DNA of 39,041 bases from the IMG/VR virus record IMGVR_UViG_3300032303_001112, positions 1-39,041 of that record; one strand, given 5' to 3'. Below the pieces are notes generated by a model. The model worked only from the letters and a program-made list of their open reading frames with translations, had not been told where the DNA came from and ran no database searches. Of this stretch, positions 26,575 to 35,619 are shown one piece after another (position 1 is the stretch's first letter; every line of letters starts with the position of its first letter). This DNA is from a virus. Its lineage: Duplodnaviria > Caudoviricetes. A program made the translations under genes and the position numbers.

Positions 26575-26997
26575 TCAGGCAGTGGCAAGTGTTAGATTCC
26601 TCATGCAATAGGAGTTCATGCGGTCAAACATATCGACCCCGAACTTCCTGATTTTTCCATTCTTTAGCTCTCTGCGATAAGCAACAAAAGGCCTCCGCCC
26701 ATACTTCGACCAAAGAAGATTAAATAGTGAAGAGATTACAACCCCTTGATCTGCAACCACTAGCTCAACCCATGTGCAATTACCTTCAGGATCATGCTTA
26801 TATGGCTCAAGACCATCCTCTGCTTGATTCAAAAACCTTACGCAAGCAACTCCCTTGATCTCGTCTCCGTCCATTGCGATTCCGCATAGCTCATTATTCA
26901 TGTACCACTGAATAACATTGGTCGTTTCAGTCGCGTTCTCCCACCCCTCCATTCGAGTGCTAACCCAATCAGCCGCCATTGATGCTGTTACGGTCAT
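26575..26997 (-). CDS. Hypothetical protein, possibly acetyltransferase-fold assembly factor
   Basis: Position between tail tube and ejection genes. Confidence 0.5.
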   Translation of the reverse strand: MTVTASMAADWVSTRMEGWENATETTNVIQWYMNNELCGIAMDGDEIKGVACVRFLNQAEDGLEPYKHDPEGNCTWVELVVADQGVVISSLFNLLWSKYGRRPFVAYRRELKNGKIRKFGVDMFDRMNSYCMRNLTLATA

Positions 26998-28595
26998 AGC
27001 TCCTCACTCACAAAAGCATCTAAGAACGCACTCACAATCACGGCTTGGAGATTTAGCTTTCCGGAACTGCTTTCCACCAATACCTGAACGCCCCTAACTG
27101 GTTGATTCCCAAGAAGGCTTCTAGCCCTTCGCTTTGACCTTTGATTCCTTAGTACGGCATTTGCGTTTAGGACAAATGGAATGATTAGGGCTCCTAGCCC
27201 ACCGGAGAAAGCGGAACTATCTATGTTTGAGAAGGCGGCTACTGTACTTCCATTCTCATCTACCAATGATACAGAACAATATGCCGTACTTGAATAAAAC
27301 TGCACCTCAACATTGTTGAGGCTTTTGTAACTCATCATGTCGCTAAAAGTAAATTCCTTGGTAGTAATACTTGTTCCGATTGCAGAACCAGAATCAGTAT
27401 AATCAGAGGCTACCTCGTTATCATCCTTAACCCACTCCCTCCATTGCAGAACTGATCCGGTTGGAGTGGCTAGCACTAGGCAGTTGGAGGGGGTATTTGT
27501 GTAATGAGCAAACTCGGAAGCCTGAAAGTTTGTCCATTTACCGCTCCAAGATTTGTGAACTGTATTATAAACAATAGAGCAATTATTGACTACGGAAGTG
27601 CTAATTGGTACGGATAGGATATATCTATTTTTATAGTAAGTTGCAGAGGCCTTGGAGATGTAGGTCGTATTGATTTCCTGAATGGTGGAATCAATTATTT
27701 TGGAAAGTGGCTCGCTAATTTCCTGATCGTTTCCCTGAAGGATTCTCTGCATACTCCTGACTCCATCTTGAGCCAACCAGTAAAGATTCGCGCCCACCTG
27801 AGCAACCGTTCTATTGGCTACGCATCCCACCTCCGCACTTACAATCTCAATAGGCCAATTAGCTATTGAAGCCGCAGTCGGGTCAGTTTCGATAACGTAG
27901 GTGGAGTTTTGCTTGAAAACCACAAGCCGGAAACCAGTCCAAGAGGAAATAGCCGTGATGGGCTCTCCGTCTCCTCCAACCCTGAAAGAATCCACGCTAG
28001 ACCATGCGGCAGTACCCTCAACGGAAAGCAGGTCCGACACATAGATTGTGTCAGGCTCCGCAGTCCTAATAGCGAACATTCTGTTGGTATGAGAGCAAAG
28101 CAACTTAACCCCTGTTGGAGCGTTAGCCCCCGCAGGGATCGAGGCAACAGTTGTCCCGTTAAAACTTTTTAAGTCACTTGTTCCATCGCAGAAGTAGAGT
28201 TTGTCGGAAAGTTGGGCGAAGCTCACCACATTGTCGGAAGCGTTTGTCAGGTAGGAGGACGAGTCTTGTGTCCAAGATCCGCTACCAACAACGCCACTAT
28301 ACCAGAATATCTTCCTATTCTTTGCTATGACGATTTGATTAGTGGTTCCTGTGTCAAAGTAATAAATCCCTTGGATATTTGCAGTACCCTCTGGAACGGC
28401 TGACGATGACACCGAGGCAGTCCCCCTTCTCGTCACCGCATTACCAACTCTGTCTATATCCACATTAACAAACTCCGACCCCTGAGAGGCATCTAGTAGC
28501 TTTGATGCTGATATATTATTAACCCCACCCGTGAATGAGGAGGTTGTATCGAAGAGGATTGGATCATCCAATCCTGAGTTTGATACGATGGGCAT
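26994..28595 (-). CDS. Tail tubular/nozzle protein (beta-propeller; P22 gp10/T7 gp12 analogue)
   Basis: FTGG..N start, beta-rich repeats, VGCVANRTV; synteny. Confidence 0.75.
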   Translation of the reverse strand: MPIVSNSGLDDPILFDTTSSFTGGVNNISASKLLDASQGSEFVNVDIDRVGNAVTRRGTASVSSSAVPEGTANIQGIYYFDTGTTNQIVIAKNRKIFWYSGVVGSGSWTQDSSSYLTNASDNVVSFAQLSDKLYFCDGTSDLKSFNGTTVASIPAGANAPTGVKLLCSHTNRMFAIRTAEPDTIYVSDLLSVEGTAAWSSVDSFRVGGDGEPITAISSWTGFRLVVFKQNSTYVIETDPTAASIANWPIEIVSAEVGCVANRTVAQVGANLYWLAQDGVRSMQRILQGNDQEISEPLSKIIDSTIQEINTTYISKASATYYKNRYILSVPISTSVVNNCSIVYNTVHKSWSGKWTNFQASEFAHYTNTPSNCLVLATPTGSVLQWREWVKDDNEVASDYTDSGSAIGTSITTKEFTFSDMMSYKSLNNVEVQFYSSTAYCSVSLVDENGSTVAAFSNIDSSAFSGGLGALIIPFVLNANAVLRNQRSKRRARSLLGNQPVRGVQVLVESSSGKLNLQAVIVSAFLDAFVSEEL

Positions 28596-28605
28596 TTACT
28601 TACAG

Positions 28606-29331
28606 CTATCCCAAGAATGAGGACTTCGATCCGGAATAGACTGGATAATCCCAATCGGATCTCGACCACTCGCCTGAGTCCACCGCAGTTACAGTTAAAT
28701 TGTAAGCCGACTGACCTCTTTCTATGTTTGTAGCAACCTTAATTTGAGCCACACCGTCCCCGTACATCATCTGCGCTTTTGAGTATTGTCTGTCTCTAGT
28801 CAACATATCGCCTTCAGCAAATGCTAAAAGAGCATTGTCGATCCCGTTAAGCGCGGGACTGTCTGTATCATTAGTTATGTTGCGGGTTTGAAATTGAGAT
28901 GATCCGTCTATGATACGCAACTTGATCTTACCAAGAACAGATAGGGCTTTTGTCTCAGAAGGGGTTTGGACAAGCCTGAGTTGACATACTCCACTAGCGG
29001 TTTTGGGAAGAGTTACAAAGCCGAGTGGGGTTCCGGTGTTATCAAAAAGAGTAGGATCAATCGCATATACCGCTTCATATTGAACTGGTCCAAGAGTCGT
29101 GTCAGACCATCTTACAGCTACAATCTGGTCAATGGCCGTGTTGGAGATAGTTACATCCTGAGTGCCGGAAGGTACGGTTTGAGTTGAGGTTCCCAATGTA
29201 TCCCTCCAAAGCTGACTTGACCAAATTAACTCATACCTCCGAGCAAGGAACTCCTTGCATTGAGATACGGAATCGGCATCGGTTTTTCCGATCTTCCCCG
29301 TAACAAAGGAAGCCATATCGGATAGGTTCAT
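28606..29331 (-). CDS. Head-tail adaptor/tail tubular protein A
   Basis: Size and position immediately before nozzle gene. Confidence 0.65.
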   Translation of the reverse strand: MNLSDMASFVTGKIGKTDADSVSQCKEFLARRYELIWSSQLWRDTLGTSTQTVPSGTQDVTISNTAIDQIVAVRWSDTTLGPVQYEAVYAIDPTLFDNTGTPLGFVTLPKTASGVCQLRLVQTPSETKALSVLGKIKLRIIDGSSQFQTRNITNDTDSPALNGIDNALLAFAEGDMLTRDRQYSKAQMMYGDGVAQIKVATNIERGQSAYNLTVTAVDSGEWSRSDWDYPVYSGSKSSFLG

Positions 29332-29489
29332 TATTTATCGGAACCAAGTTCGCTTGGCGAACTCTGTGAGCTTTGATCGGTTGCCTGTTTCCTGATGCTT
29401 TCGATCAAAGAGAACACTGCCTCATAAGGTGCGCGACCAAGGCAGGCTAGGATCGTGTTTATTTCTTGTGTGGATAGATTAAGGTTCAT
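29331..29489 (-). CDS. Small tail-associated protein, 52 aa
   Basis: MNLNLSTQEINTILACLGRAPYEAVFSLIESIRKQ. Confidence 0.65.
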   Translation of the reverse strand: MNLNLSTQEINTILACLGRAPYEAVFSLIESIRKQATDQSSQSSPSELGSDK

Positions 29490-29508
29490 TTATGCCCAAG
29501 TTGTGTTT

Positions 29509-29631
29509 TTATTCTTGTTGTTGCTTTGAGTTAATTTCAGCCAAAACCGCCTCATAACTTATTTCGTTCTCGTTCTCTTCAAAGTATTTAACCTCGCCAG
29601 TTGTGCAGTTTGATTCTATTCTTGCTATCAT
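29509..29631 (-). CDS. Small tail-fibre-associated protein, 40 aa
   Basis: MIARIESNCTTGEVKY directly after fibre gene. Confidence 0.55.
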   Translation of the reverse strand: MIARIESNCTTGEVKYFEENENEISYEAVLAEINSKQQQE

Positions 29632-29634
29632 AAA

Positions 29635-31302
29635 TTAGCTTTCGTATAGGATGTTGGCAGTGCCAGATCCATCAAATGTGTCGGATGCTGTAAGGGTTAT
29701 GCGAACTCGATCCAATACGTCTGACAATGTTTTTGATCCGCCACCAGAAGTAATGGTAACTGTTGATGTAGCGCATTTGCCAGAGTGTGATGCTATCCAG
29801 ATATTCCCAGAAATGTTAACAATAGTAATTAGTCCAGAATTTACGTTTGCCCCTGAGTTTGCTCTCCATATAAACCCATCAGTGCTACTGGCTCCATTTG
29901 AACCACCATTAGCAACTTGTAATACAGAAGATGAAAGATACCCAGTGTTTTCAATTCCTCCAGAATCTCCAATTTGAACTAAAATATCCGATACCCCAGT
30001 AGTGCTTACTTCATTAAGAATTACTGTAATTCTTTTAACCCCACTAGGAATTGAAGTAAAATCAACCGCTGCTCCACTGCTTGCTGCAACTGCTGTTGCC
30101 CTTGAGATTGCTGACACTGACTGCCAACTTGGAGCAGATGACGCTCCATTGCTTACTAATGCCTGACCGCTAGTTCCGTAGTTAGCTCCACCGATACCGA
30201 TTTGACCAGCAGATGCAATGCGGAGGCGTTCTGTTCCACCATCGCTAAACGCAATCGTGTCGGCGGCAGGGAAGAAGATGCCTGTGTTGGTATCACCAGT
30301 AGGGATGATGGCTGGGGAGGCGGCGGTTCCTGCCTGAGTCGTAATTGGTGATGTGGCTGAAAGAGTAGTAAATGAACCCGCTACGGCAGTGGTTCCTCCA
30401 ATAACCGCATTATTGATGGTTCCGCCTGAAATCTGAGGGCTTGTCAGGGTTTTGTTTGTGAGCGTGTCTGTTGTAGCCCTTCCGACTAGCGTATCCGTTG
30501 ATGTTGGAAGAGTTATGGTTCCTGTGTTTGTAATCGTTGCTATGACAGGGCTTGTGAGGGTTTTGTTTGTGAGCGTGTCTGTTGTGGCTCGTCCTACAAG
30601 CGTGTCAGTAGAATTTGGAAGCGTAAGAGTCCCTGTATTTGATATAGAGCTTATGATCGGGGCTGTCAGGGTTTTGTTTGTGAGCGTATCCGTAGTTGCC
30701 CTACCTACGAGTGTATCCGTAGTAGTTGGGAGCGTTATGGTCCCCGTGTTTGAAATAGAGCTAATTACTGGCGTGGTTAGAGTTTTGTTAGTTAGCGTCT
30801 GCGTATCGACAGTAGTAACAAGTGTCTTTGTGGCGGGGATTGTTGTTCCGTTAATTGTTGACGTGGCAGTGATGGCTCCGGTTACTCCGAGGGTTCCTCC
30901 GATTGTAGTGTTACCAGTAACGCCAAGAGTTCCGGCGAGAGTTGAGTTTCCTGTAACACCGAGAGTCCCTGCGAGAGTTGAGTTTCCTGTAACACCGAGA
31001 GTCCCTGCGAGAGTCGAGTTTCCTGTAACAGCAAGAGTCCCGCCAATGGTAGCATTTCCCGTAATCGGGAAATCAGAGGCAGTTCCGGCCTTGATTAAGT
31101 TGGATGCAGATACTTTCTTGAGCGCAGTAGCCGAGGCATCATATACAAGAAGCAGGTCGTTAGCCTGATCTATTGATGTCTCAGCCGATCTATTTGTAAT
31201 CGCTTCCGGCTGAATAGACGCATTCCCCTGAATGTTGTTCAGCTTAGTTGCCGTTACTGTATCTCCATCCGAAAAGCTCTGCGTTGTTGTAATTTCTGCC
31301 AT
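29635..31302 (-). CDS. Tail fibre protein
   Basis: VTATKLN anchor, Thr/Gly-rich repeats, ERLRIASAG, YGTSGQALVSNG. Confidence 0.85.
   Translation of the reverse strand: MAEITTTQSFSDGDTVTATKLNNIQGNASIQPEAITNRSAETSIDQANDLLLVYDASATALKKVSASNLIKAGTASDFPITGNATIGGTLAVTGNSTLAGTLGVTGNSTLAGTLGVTGNSTLAGTLGVTGNTTIGGTLGVTGAITATSTINGTTIPATKTLVTTVDTQTLTNKTLTTPVISSISNTGTITLPTTTDTLVGRATTDTLTNKTLTAPIISSISNTGTLTLPNSTDTLVGRATTDTLTNKTLTSPVIATITNTGTITLPTSTDTLVGRATTDTLTNKTLTSPQISGGTINNAVIGGTTAVAGSFTTLSATSPITTQAGTAASPAIIPTGDTNTGIFFPAADTIAFSDGGTERLRIASAGQIGIGGANYGTSGQALVSNGASSAPSWQSVSAISRATAVAASSGAAVDFTSIPSGVKRITVILNEVSTTGVSDILVQIGDSGGIENTGYLSSSVLQVANGGSNGASSTDGFIWRANSGANVNSGLITIVNISGNIWIASHSGKCATSTVTITSGGGSKTLSDVLDRVRITLTASDTFDGSGTANILYES
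30440..30800. repeat. 111-bp tandem repeat (TLP..TDTLVGRATTDTLTNKTLT units)
   Basis: GGGTTTTGTTTGTGAGCGT recurs every 111 nt. Confidence 0.9.
30910..31045. repeat. 36-bp tandem repeat (NSTLAGTLGVTG x3)
   Basis: Near-identical GAGAGTTGAGTTTCCTGTAACACCGAGAGTCCCTGC units. Confidence 0.9.
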
Positions 31303-31313
31303 ATATTTTTCTC

Positions 31314-31610
31314 CTAGTGACCTGTAAGACGGGATTTGATCCAGTCAAAGACAAATGAAAAAATAATGCTTATCGCGGTAGCCGCCCCCAATATCTTTGC
31401 CCAAATGTTTTCTATCGCGCTAACCCTCATTGAGATACGCTCAACCCACTCCCCAAGATTGCAGGCTTGCTTCTCTACAATATCGCAAATATGTTTCTGC
31501 CGATCCTGCATAGAACGCTGAACTTCCTCGAGACGAGCAAGCCTCTCCTTCATCTCCATAATCGCGTCCAGCATATCAATCCCCATGACGCTAATCATCC
31601 TTCCTGCCAT
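31314..31610 (-). CDS. Coiled-coil protein with C-terminal TM helix
   Basis: RLARLEE coiled coil; ILGAATAISIIFSFVF. Confidence 0.65.
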   Translation of the reverse strand: MAGRMISVMGIDMLDAIMEMKERLARLEEVQRSMQDRQKHICDIVEKQACNLGEWVERISMRVSAIENIWAKILGAATAISIIFSFVFDWIKSRLTGH

Positions 31611-31860
31611 TGCCCTCTAGGTAGGAGACTGCGACTGCAATATGGATAATAGCTCCGGTTAAAGTCTCTGGATTACCGAGATCCTTTCTAACCTTTGCGT
31701 AAGAAATTAAATGTTTCGTGCGGGGATCATACCCCAACTCTCCGGCATCTAGGTTGTGCATCTTAGATAGCTTGATTGCTCTCTCTAATATCTGAGAGTT
31801 AAGCCTTCCTAGGAATAGCTTTGCCCAAAGCCAAAAAAGAAATCTTTGGAATATAGTCAT
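31591..31860 (-). CDS. Hypothetical protein
   Basis: ATGA overlap. Confidence 0.55.
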   Translation of the reverse strand: MTIFQRFLFWLWAKLFLGRLNSQILERAIKLSKMHNLDAGELGYDPRTKHLISYAKVRKDLGNPETLTGAIIHIAVAVSYLEGNGRKDD

Positions 31861-32030
31861 TTTTTCCACCAGTCTGCTGAGTATTTTGCCATAGATTTAA
31901 TTACCTTCTGAGCCTCAGATACGCTGGTCGTTAGATACACAGAAGGCTTCCCGTCGATATATCCAAGAGAGATAAAGCCTTCGTCGAGAAGGTATTGCAA
32001 CGTCCTTACAACTTGATCCTCCTTAGTCAT
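31857..32030 (-). CDS. Hypothetical protein, 57 aa
   Basis: MTKEDQVVRTLQYLLDEGFISLGY...SADWWKK; overlaps both neighbours. Confidence 0.6.
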   Translation of the reverse strand: MTKEDQVVRTLQYLLDEGFISLGYIDGKPSVYLTTSVSEAQKVIKSMAKYSADWWKK

Positions 32031-32155
32031 TTGACTTTTCCAGCATCTTCAGCCGCACCCATATCGCTATATCTAGGCAAATCTGTATTAATTTGTTTTT
32101 GAGGAGAGCACGAAGATAGAAACACACACAATAAGATTAAATTTATAAACTTCAT
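32027..32155 (-). CDS. Small lipoprotein, 42 aa
   Basis: MKFINLILLCVFLSS-C lipobox. Confidence 0.65.
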   Translation of the reverse strand: MKFINLILLCVFLSSCSPQKQINTDLPRYSDMGAAEDAGKVK

Positions 32156-32156
32156 A

Positions 32157-32912
32157 TTAGTTAAATGGATAAGAATTGCCAATTCCAGCATTGTAAAGGT
32201 TTGAAATTGATGATTCTGACAATTCTTGATTCCAAATTCCGATCTCATCAATTTGGAAATCTTTCCCAACCAAATAAGTTCCATCAGCATTTGAATTTAT
32301 GGATAAGTTTTCAGTAGGAATATTTGCATAATTTCCAGATGAAGAGATAGAACCATCTAATGCTCCATCAACATAAACTTTAAGTGAGCCAGTTCTTTTC
32401 CAAGTGAAGGCTGTATGATGCCAATTTCCATTATTGATAGGGGTTGAACCTTCCACTCTGTCATATTCTGGTACTCCACTCCAATAAATAGTTCCATATA
32501 TTCTTCCGTCTGCAAACACATCAAGTCCGATTGCTGACCCCTCATAGTTGTATCCAGTAGCCTGATCCAGTAAAAAGATTTCATCTTCTCGTGTTGTTTT
32601 TACCCAAGCTGAAATGCTGTATTCATCTCTTGACCCATTAAGAAATGTACCGCTTCTTGAGAAATATGTTAAATCATCTCCACTAAAATTTGCACTTCCA
32701 TTTATTATGCCAGTTCCCAAAGATACGCCGCCTTCTCCATTTGGTGCGGAAAGTGCTCTGGAATTACCAGATGAATCAACAAGCGAAACTCCTCCGCTTC
32801 CGTTATTATCAAGTTTCCAATATGCAAGAATGCCATTTTTAAGACCTAATTGAACAGACGGGAAGCGAAACCCACGCCGATTCATTATTCCGCTGGGTGC
32901 AAGCAAAGCCAT
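32157..32912 (-). CDS. LamG/concanavalin A-like lectin domain virion protein
   Basis: LAYWKLD, YSISAWVK, WHHTAFTW, LKVYVDG, IDEIGIWN..LS. Confidence 0.88.
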   Translation of the reverse strand: MALLAPSGIMNRRGFRFPSVQLGLKNGILAYWKLDNNGSGGVSLVDSSGNSRALSAPNGEGGVSLGTGIINGSANFSGDDLTYFSRSGTFLNGSRDEYSISAWVKTTREDEIFLLDQATGYNYEGSAIGLDVFADGRIYGTIYWSGVPEYDRVEGSTPINNGNWHHTAFTWKRTGSLKVYVDGALDGSISSSGNYANIPTENLSINSNADGTYLVGKDFQIDEIGIWNQELSESSISNLYNAGIGNSYPFN

Positions 32913-32913
32913 T

Positions 32914-33753
32914 TTACGAGCTTAAAATATAGTAGTTCTTACTTGCAGAAGAACATATCACATTGACTGCATCAGTCGGAACAAATCCAGATTCAAAAAC
33001 AATACCACCTCCGCTTTTTGCAACAAACAGGTGATTAGTTGTCGCAGTTGCGCCAAAGTTAAAATACATATCTGTATCAGAAATATTTTGAATTAGAAGA
33101 TATTGACGGGTCAAGTTGGAGGCTAAGGCTTGCGCCGAGGTGCTTGCGGTTGCAGATGTAGATCCAGCCGTAACAGTAAGCGTTCCGTTTCTTGGGCGTA
33201 CTTGCAATGCAGTTGTATTTGCGCCAGTATTTGCAAGCGTAACCTGTAATGGGTTTGCAGATCCTACGGCAGATCCACCCTGATAGTTTTCAGCCTGCGT
33301 TTTAAGATTTGTCGCAGTACCCTGTACCACACTAGCATTAAGGTTGGTGGCTGTTGCCTGAGCAACAGTGAACGATCCAGTTCCAGCGTTCGCAGTAACA
33401 GTCCCGCTGACTGGCTGAGTCGCCTGCCAGAATGTTCCAGATACCGGTTGAGTTGCAGGAAAGTTGCTAACACTAACTGAAGAACTTCCGAATGAGGTTA
33501 CTTGGTTGCCAGATCCGTCCACAATCTGCACCGATAACGCTCTTTGAGAGCCCCTAGCAGAAGATGTGATAGCGTTTCCGGTTCCATCTCGAACATCCGA
33601 CAAGACACCGTTAGCCATGTCTGCTTTGATAAGAGCAATGTCGGCCTGCGTTGTCGCAAGAAGCGATTCAAGCCCGTCCGTATTAACATTGATGGTATCC
33701 GCATCAATCTTTACGTCATTTAGACGGCTATATAGCTCTTTAATGCTAGGCAT
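32914..33753 (-). CDS. Putative virion decoration/fibre protein
   Basis: NFPATQPVSG repeats, RQYLLIQN; T/S/A rich. Confidence 0.65.
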   Translation of the reverse strand: MPSIKELYSRLNDVKIDADTINVNTDGLESLLATTQADIALIKADMANGVLSDVRDGTGNAITSSARGSQRALSVQIVDGSGNQVTSFGSSSVSVSNFPATQPVSGTFWQATQPVSGTVTANAGTGSFTVAQATATNLNASVVQGTATNLKTQAENYQGGSAVGSANPLQVTLANTGANTTALQVRPRNGTLTVTAGSTSATASTSAQALASNLTRQYLLIQNISDTDMYFNFGATATTNHLFVAKSGGGIVFESGFVPTDAVNVICSSASKNYYILSS

Positions 33754-33756
33754 TGC

Positions 33757-34017
33757 TTAGGCCTTGTATGCGACTACTTTTCCACTCGTAAGAGTAAATG
33801 CAGTGAACTTCCCGTAGATGGTTGCTCCCGCCGGAAGAGGTAGCGATGTAGTTGCATCACCATCCCAATTCGATGCCGTGAGCAAAGCAAACACGCTATT
33901 CTCAAGAGCAGTGATAGCCCCAAAGTTTCCGGTGATAGCAGTAGTGCTATTCTCGTAAGTGGCTCCGTTCGTTCCGCCTTGCCTCGTATCTTTACATAAT
34001 TCTTTAATTGAACTCAT
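33757..34017 (-). CDS. Small putative virion protein
   Basis: LPAGATIYGKFTAFTLTSGKVVAY. Confidence 0.65.
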   Translation of the reverse strand: MSSIKELCKDTRQGGTNGATYENSTTAITGNFGAITALENSVFALLTASNWDGDATTSLPLPAGATIYGKFTAFTLTSGKVVAYKA

Positions 34018-34023
34018 ATTTAT

Positions 34024-34272
34024 TTAACTCCAATCCCAAATCTTTTTAATCCGGCTTTTGGAATACTTCCGGTTCTTGAGTTTCCCCTTTTCTTCAAACT
34101 CTCGATAAAACCTTCGTGCGCCCTCTGACGAAGAACTAGGATCGGGAACGCTACGGTGGATATAGGGGGCGGAAGGGACTCGTTTGAGCCCCTTCCGTTT
34201 ATCCCTATTTTCGACAGAGACGATCTCCTGAACAATTTTCCCATCCTTGTTTTCATACAAATAGATGGGCAT
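34024..34272 (-). CDS. FmdB-like small protein lacking the cysteines
   Basis: MPIYLY start typical of the FmdB-like family. Confidence 0.55.
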   Translation of the reverse strand: MPIYLYENKDGKIVQEIVSVENRDKRKGLKRVPSAPYIHRSVPDPSSSSEGARRFYREFEEKGKLKNRKYSKSRIKKIWDWS

Positions 34273-34278
34273 ATCAAA

Positions 34279-34611
34279 TCAGGCGTTGCCTGCGTCTGCT
34301 TCTTCAGCCATTGAGCGAATATCTTCCTCGCTCTTTTCCTCTTCTCCCTCATCAGGAGTTAAGTTGGCCTCAAAGATTTCAATGGTTGCGCCCTTATCGT
34401 CGAGCTTCGAGACTTTGCCTTTGAGAGCGACATAATCACCCTCTTTGGTTCCATCGGGGAGCTTTTCGGTAGGTACGTCCAAGGACATACCCAAATCTTC
34501 TTTCTCCAAAGAATAATCGGAGGCTTGAGATTCGGGCTTGGAGGAGCCGCCCATTTCTGGGCGGCTCCCCTTTGCCTCGGGACTAGCTATAATTAGTAGT
34601 CCTTTATTCAT
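34279..34611 (-). CDS. Acidic hypothetical protein
   Basis: Follows capsid gene. Confidence 0.65.
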   Translation of the reverse strand: MNKGLLIIASPEAKGSRPEMGGSSKPESQASDYSLEKEDLGMSLDVPTEKLPDGTKEGDYVALKGKVSKLDDKGATIEIFEANLTPDEGEEEKSEEDIRSMAEEADAGNA

Positions 34612-34615
34612 TTAC

Positions 34616-35614
34616 TTAGGCGAAACGAGACTTGGCCTTGATGACCACGGCACGTTTAGCATTCAGCAACTTCGCGGCGTAGAAGCATTTCCATCCGGCC
34701 ACGGTTGTTTGATTCAGCGGATCCGCTTTATCAGCCTGATTGTTCAGGATGATGCGGGGGCTGAAGGGGGAATCCCCAGCAATTTTCACCACACCAAACG
34801 CATTCGCGCCGAGTACAACAGTGCTGTAAATAGATCCAGCAGAGTTATACGTTCCGGAGGTAGTGCCTTCGATGAAGGGGTTGGTATGTTCGGCAATACG
34901 CACACCGTAGAAGGAACCGAGGGTTCCAGCGGGGAGCGAACCAACCTTGTTTTCAACATTGCGATAGACCGTGTTCAGGAAGTCAGTGTCCCTAAACAAG
35001 TCCCGACTGATCTGAGGCGGAACCAACGCAACGTATTGACCATTCAAAGGATTAGCTTTGTTGGCTTTCAACGCAGTAACCGCATCCATGAGATCCTCTG
35101 CATCCAAGAAGGCGGAAGCCGCCGCAGTGGAGTTGAGGGTCGCGAAGGAAGCAATGCCTTGACCAAAACGGACCGTGGTGGAACTGCCACCAACGTCAGT
35201 TCCAGTCACCAACTGATCGCGAGAGAGGTCATCAGCCTTGAGAGCCGCTTCCTCACCCATTGCGCCAACCGCTTCTTTGAGAACGTCAAAGAGGGAAGTC
35301 ATTGATAATACGTCACTTATCTTTACAGCTTCCCCATATTGGGTAAGCGAGACAGCAACGCTATTCAAGCCAACTTCGCGGAAGGTGCTAATAGGCGTAC
35401 CTTCAGTTAGAGTCTGAACGTTGGACGAAGCCGGAACGGTATCGTACTGGAAGAACTTAACGGACTGAGATCCGATGTTCTTAGGCAGGTCAACCTGTTG
35501 GGCGTAGTCGTTTAGTTTAAGTGTTTCTTTAATACGATCAACCAACTGCTTGCTCAGGTAAGCCTGAAAATAGCTTCCGAGTGTAGCAGGGTTGGAGCGA
35601 GTCATAGTAGCCAT
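34616..35614 (-). CDS. Major capsid protein, N4-gp56-like family
   Basis: LPKN.G..VKF, LTEGTP, LTQYG, G.FYGVR, DPLNQ...GWK. Confidence 0.9.
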   Translation of the reverse strand: MATMTRSNPATLGSYFQAYLSKQLVDRIKETLKLNDYAQQVDLPKNIGSQSVKFFQYDTVPASSNVQTLTEGTPISTFREVGLNSVAVSLTQYGEAVKISDVLSMTSLFDVLKEAVGAMGEEAALKADDLSRDQLVTGTDVGGSSTTVRFGQGIASFATLNSTAAASAFLDAEDLMDAVTALKANKANPLNGQYVALVPPQISRDLFRDTDFLNTVYRNVENKVGSLPAGTLGSFYGVRIAEHTNPFIEGTTSGTYNSAGSIYSTVVLGANAFGVVKIAGDSPFSPRIILNNQADKADPLNQTTVAGWKCFYAAKLLNAKRAVVIKAKSRFA

Positions 35615-35619
35615 GATTT

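Noticed and set aside
30440-31045. Regular repeats as CRISPR array or DGR template/variable pair
   Set aside because: In-frame coding repeats with mostly synonymous variation; no unique spacers, no cas or reverse transcriptase gene
30452-31168. Long plus-strand ORFs (also 34538..35305, 23658..24032)
   Set aside because: Antisense shadows of fibre, capsid and ejection genes
34616-35614. N4-like phage assignment
   Set aside because: Capsid family only; no virion RNA polymerase and the genome is much smaller
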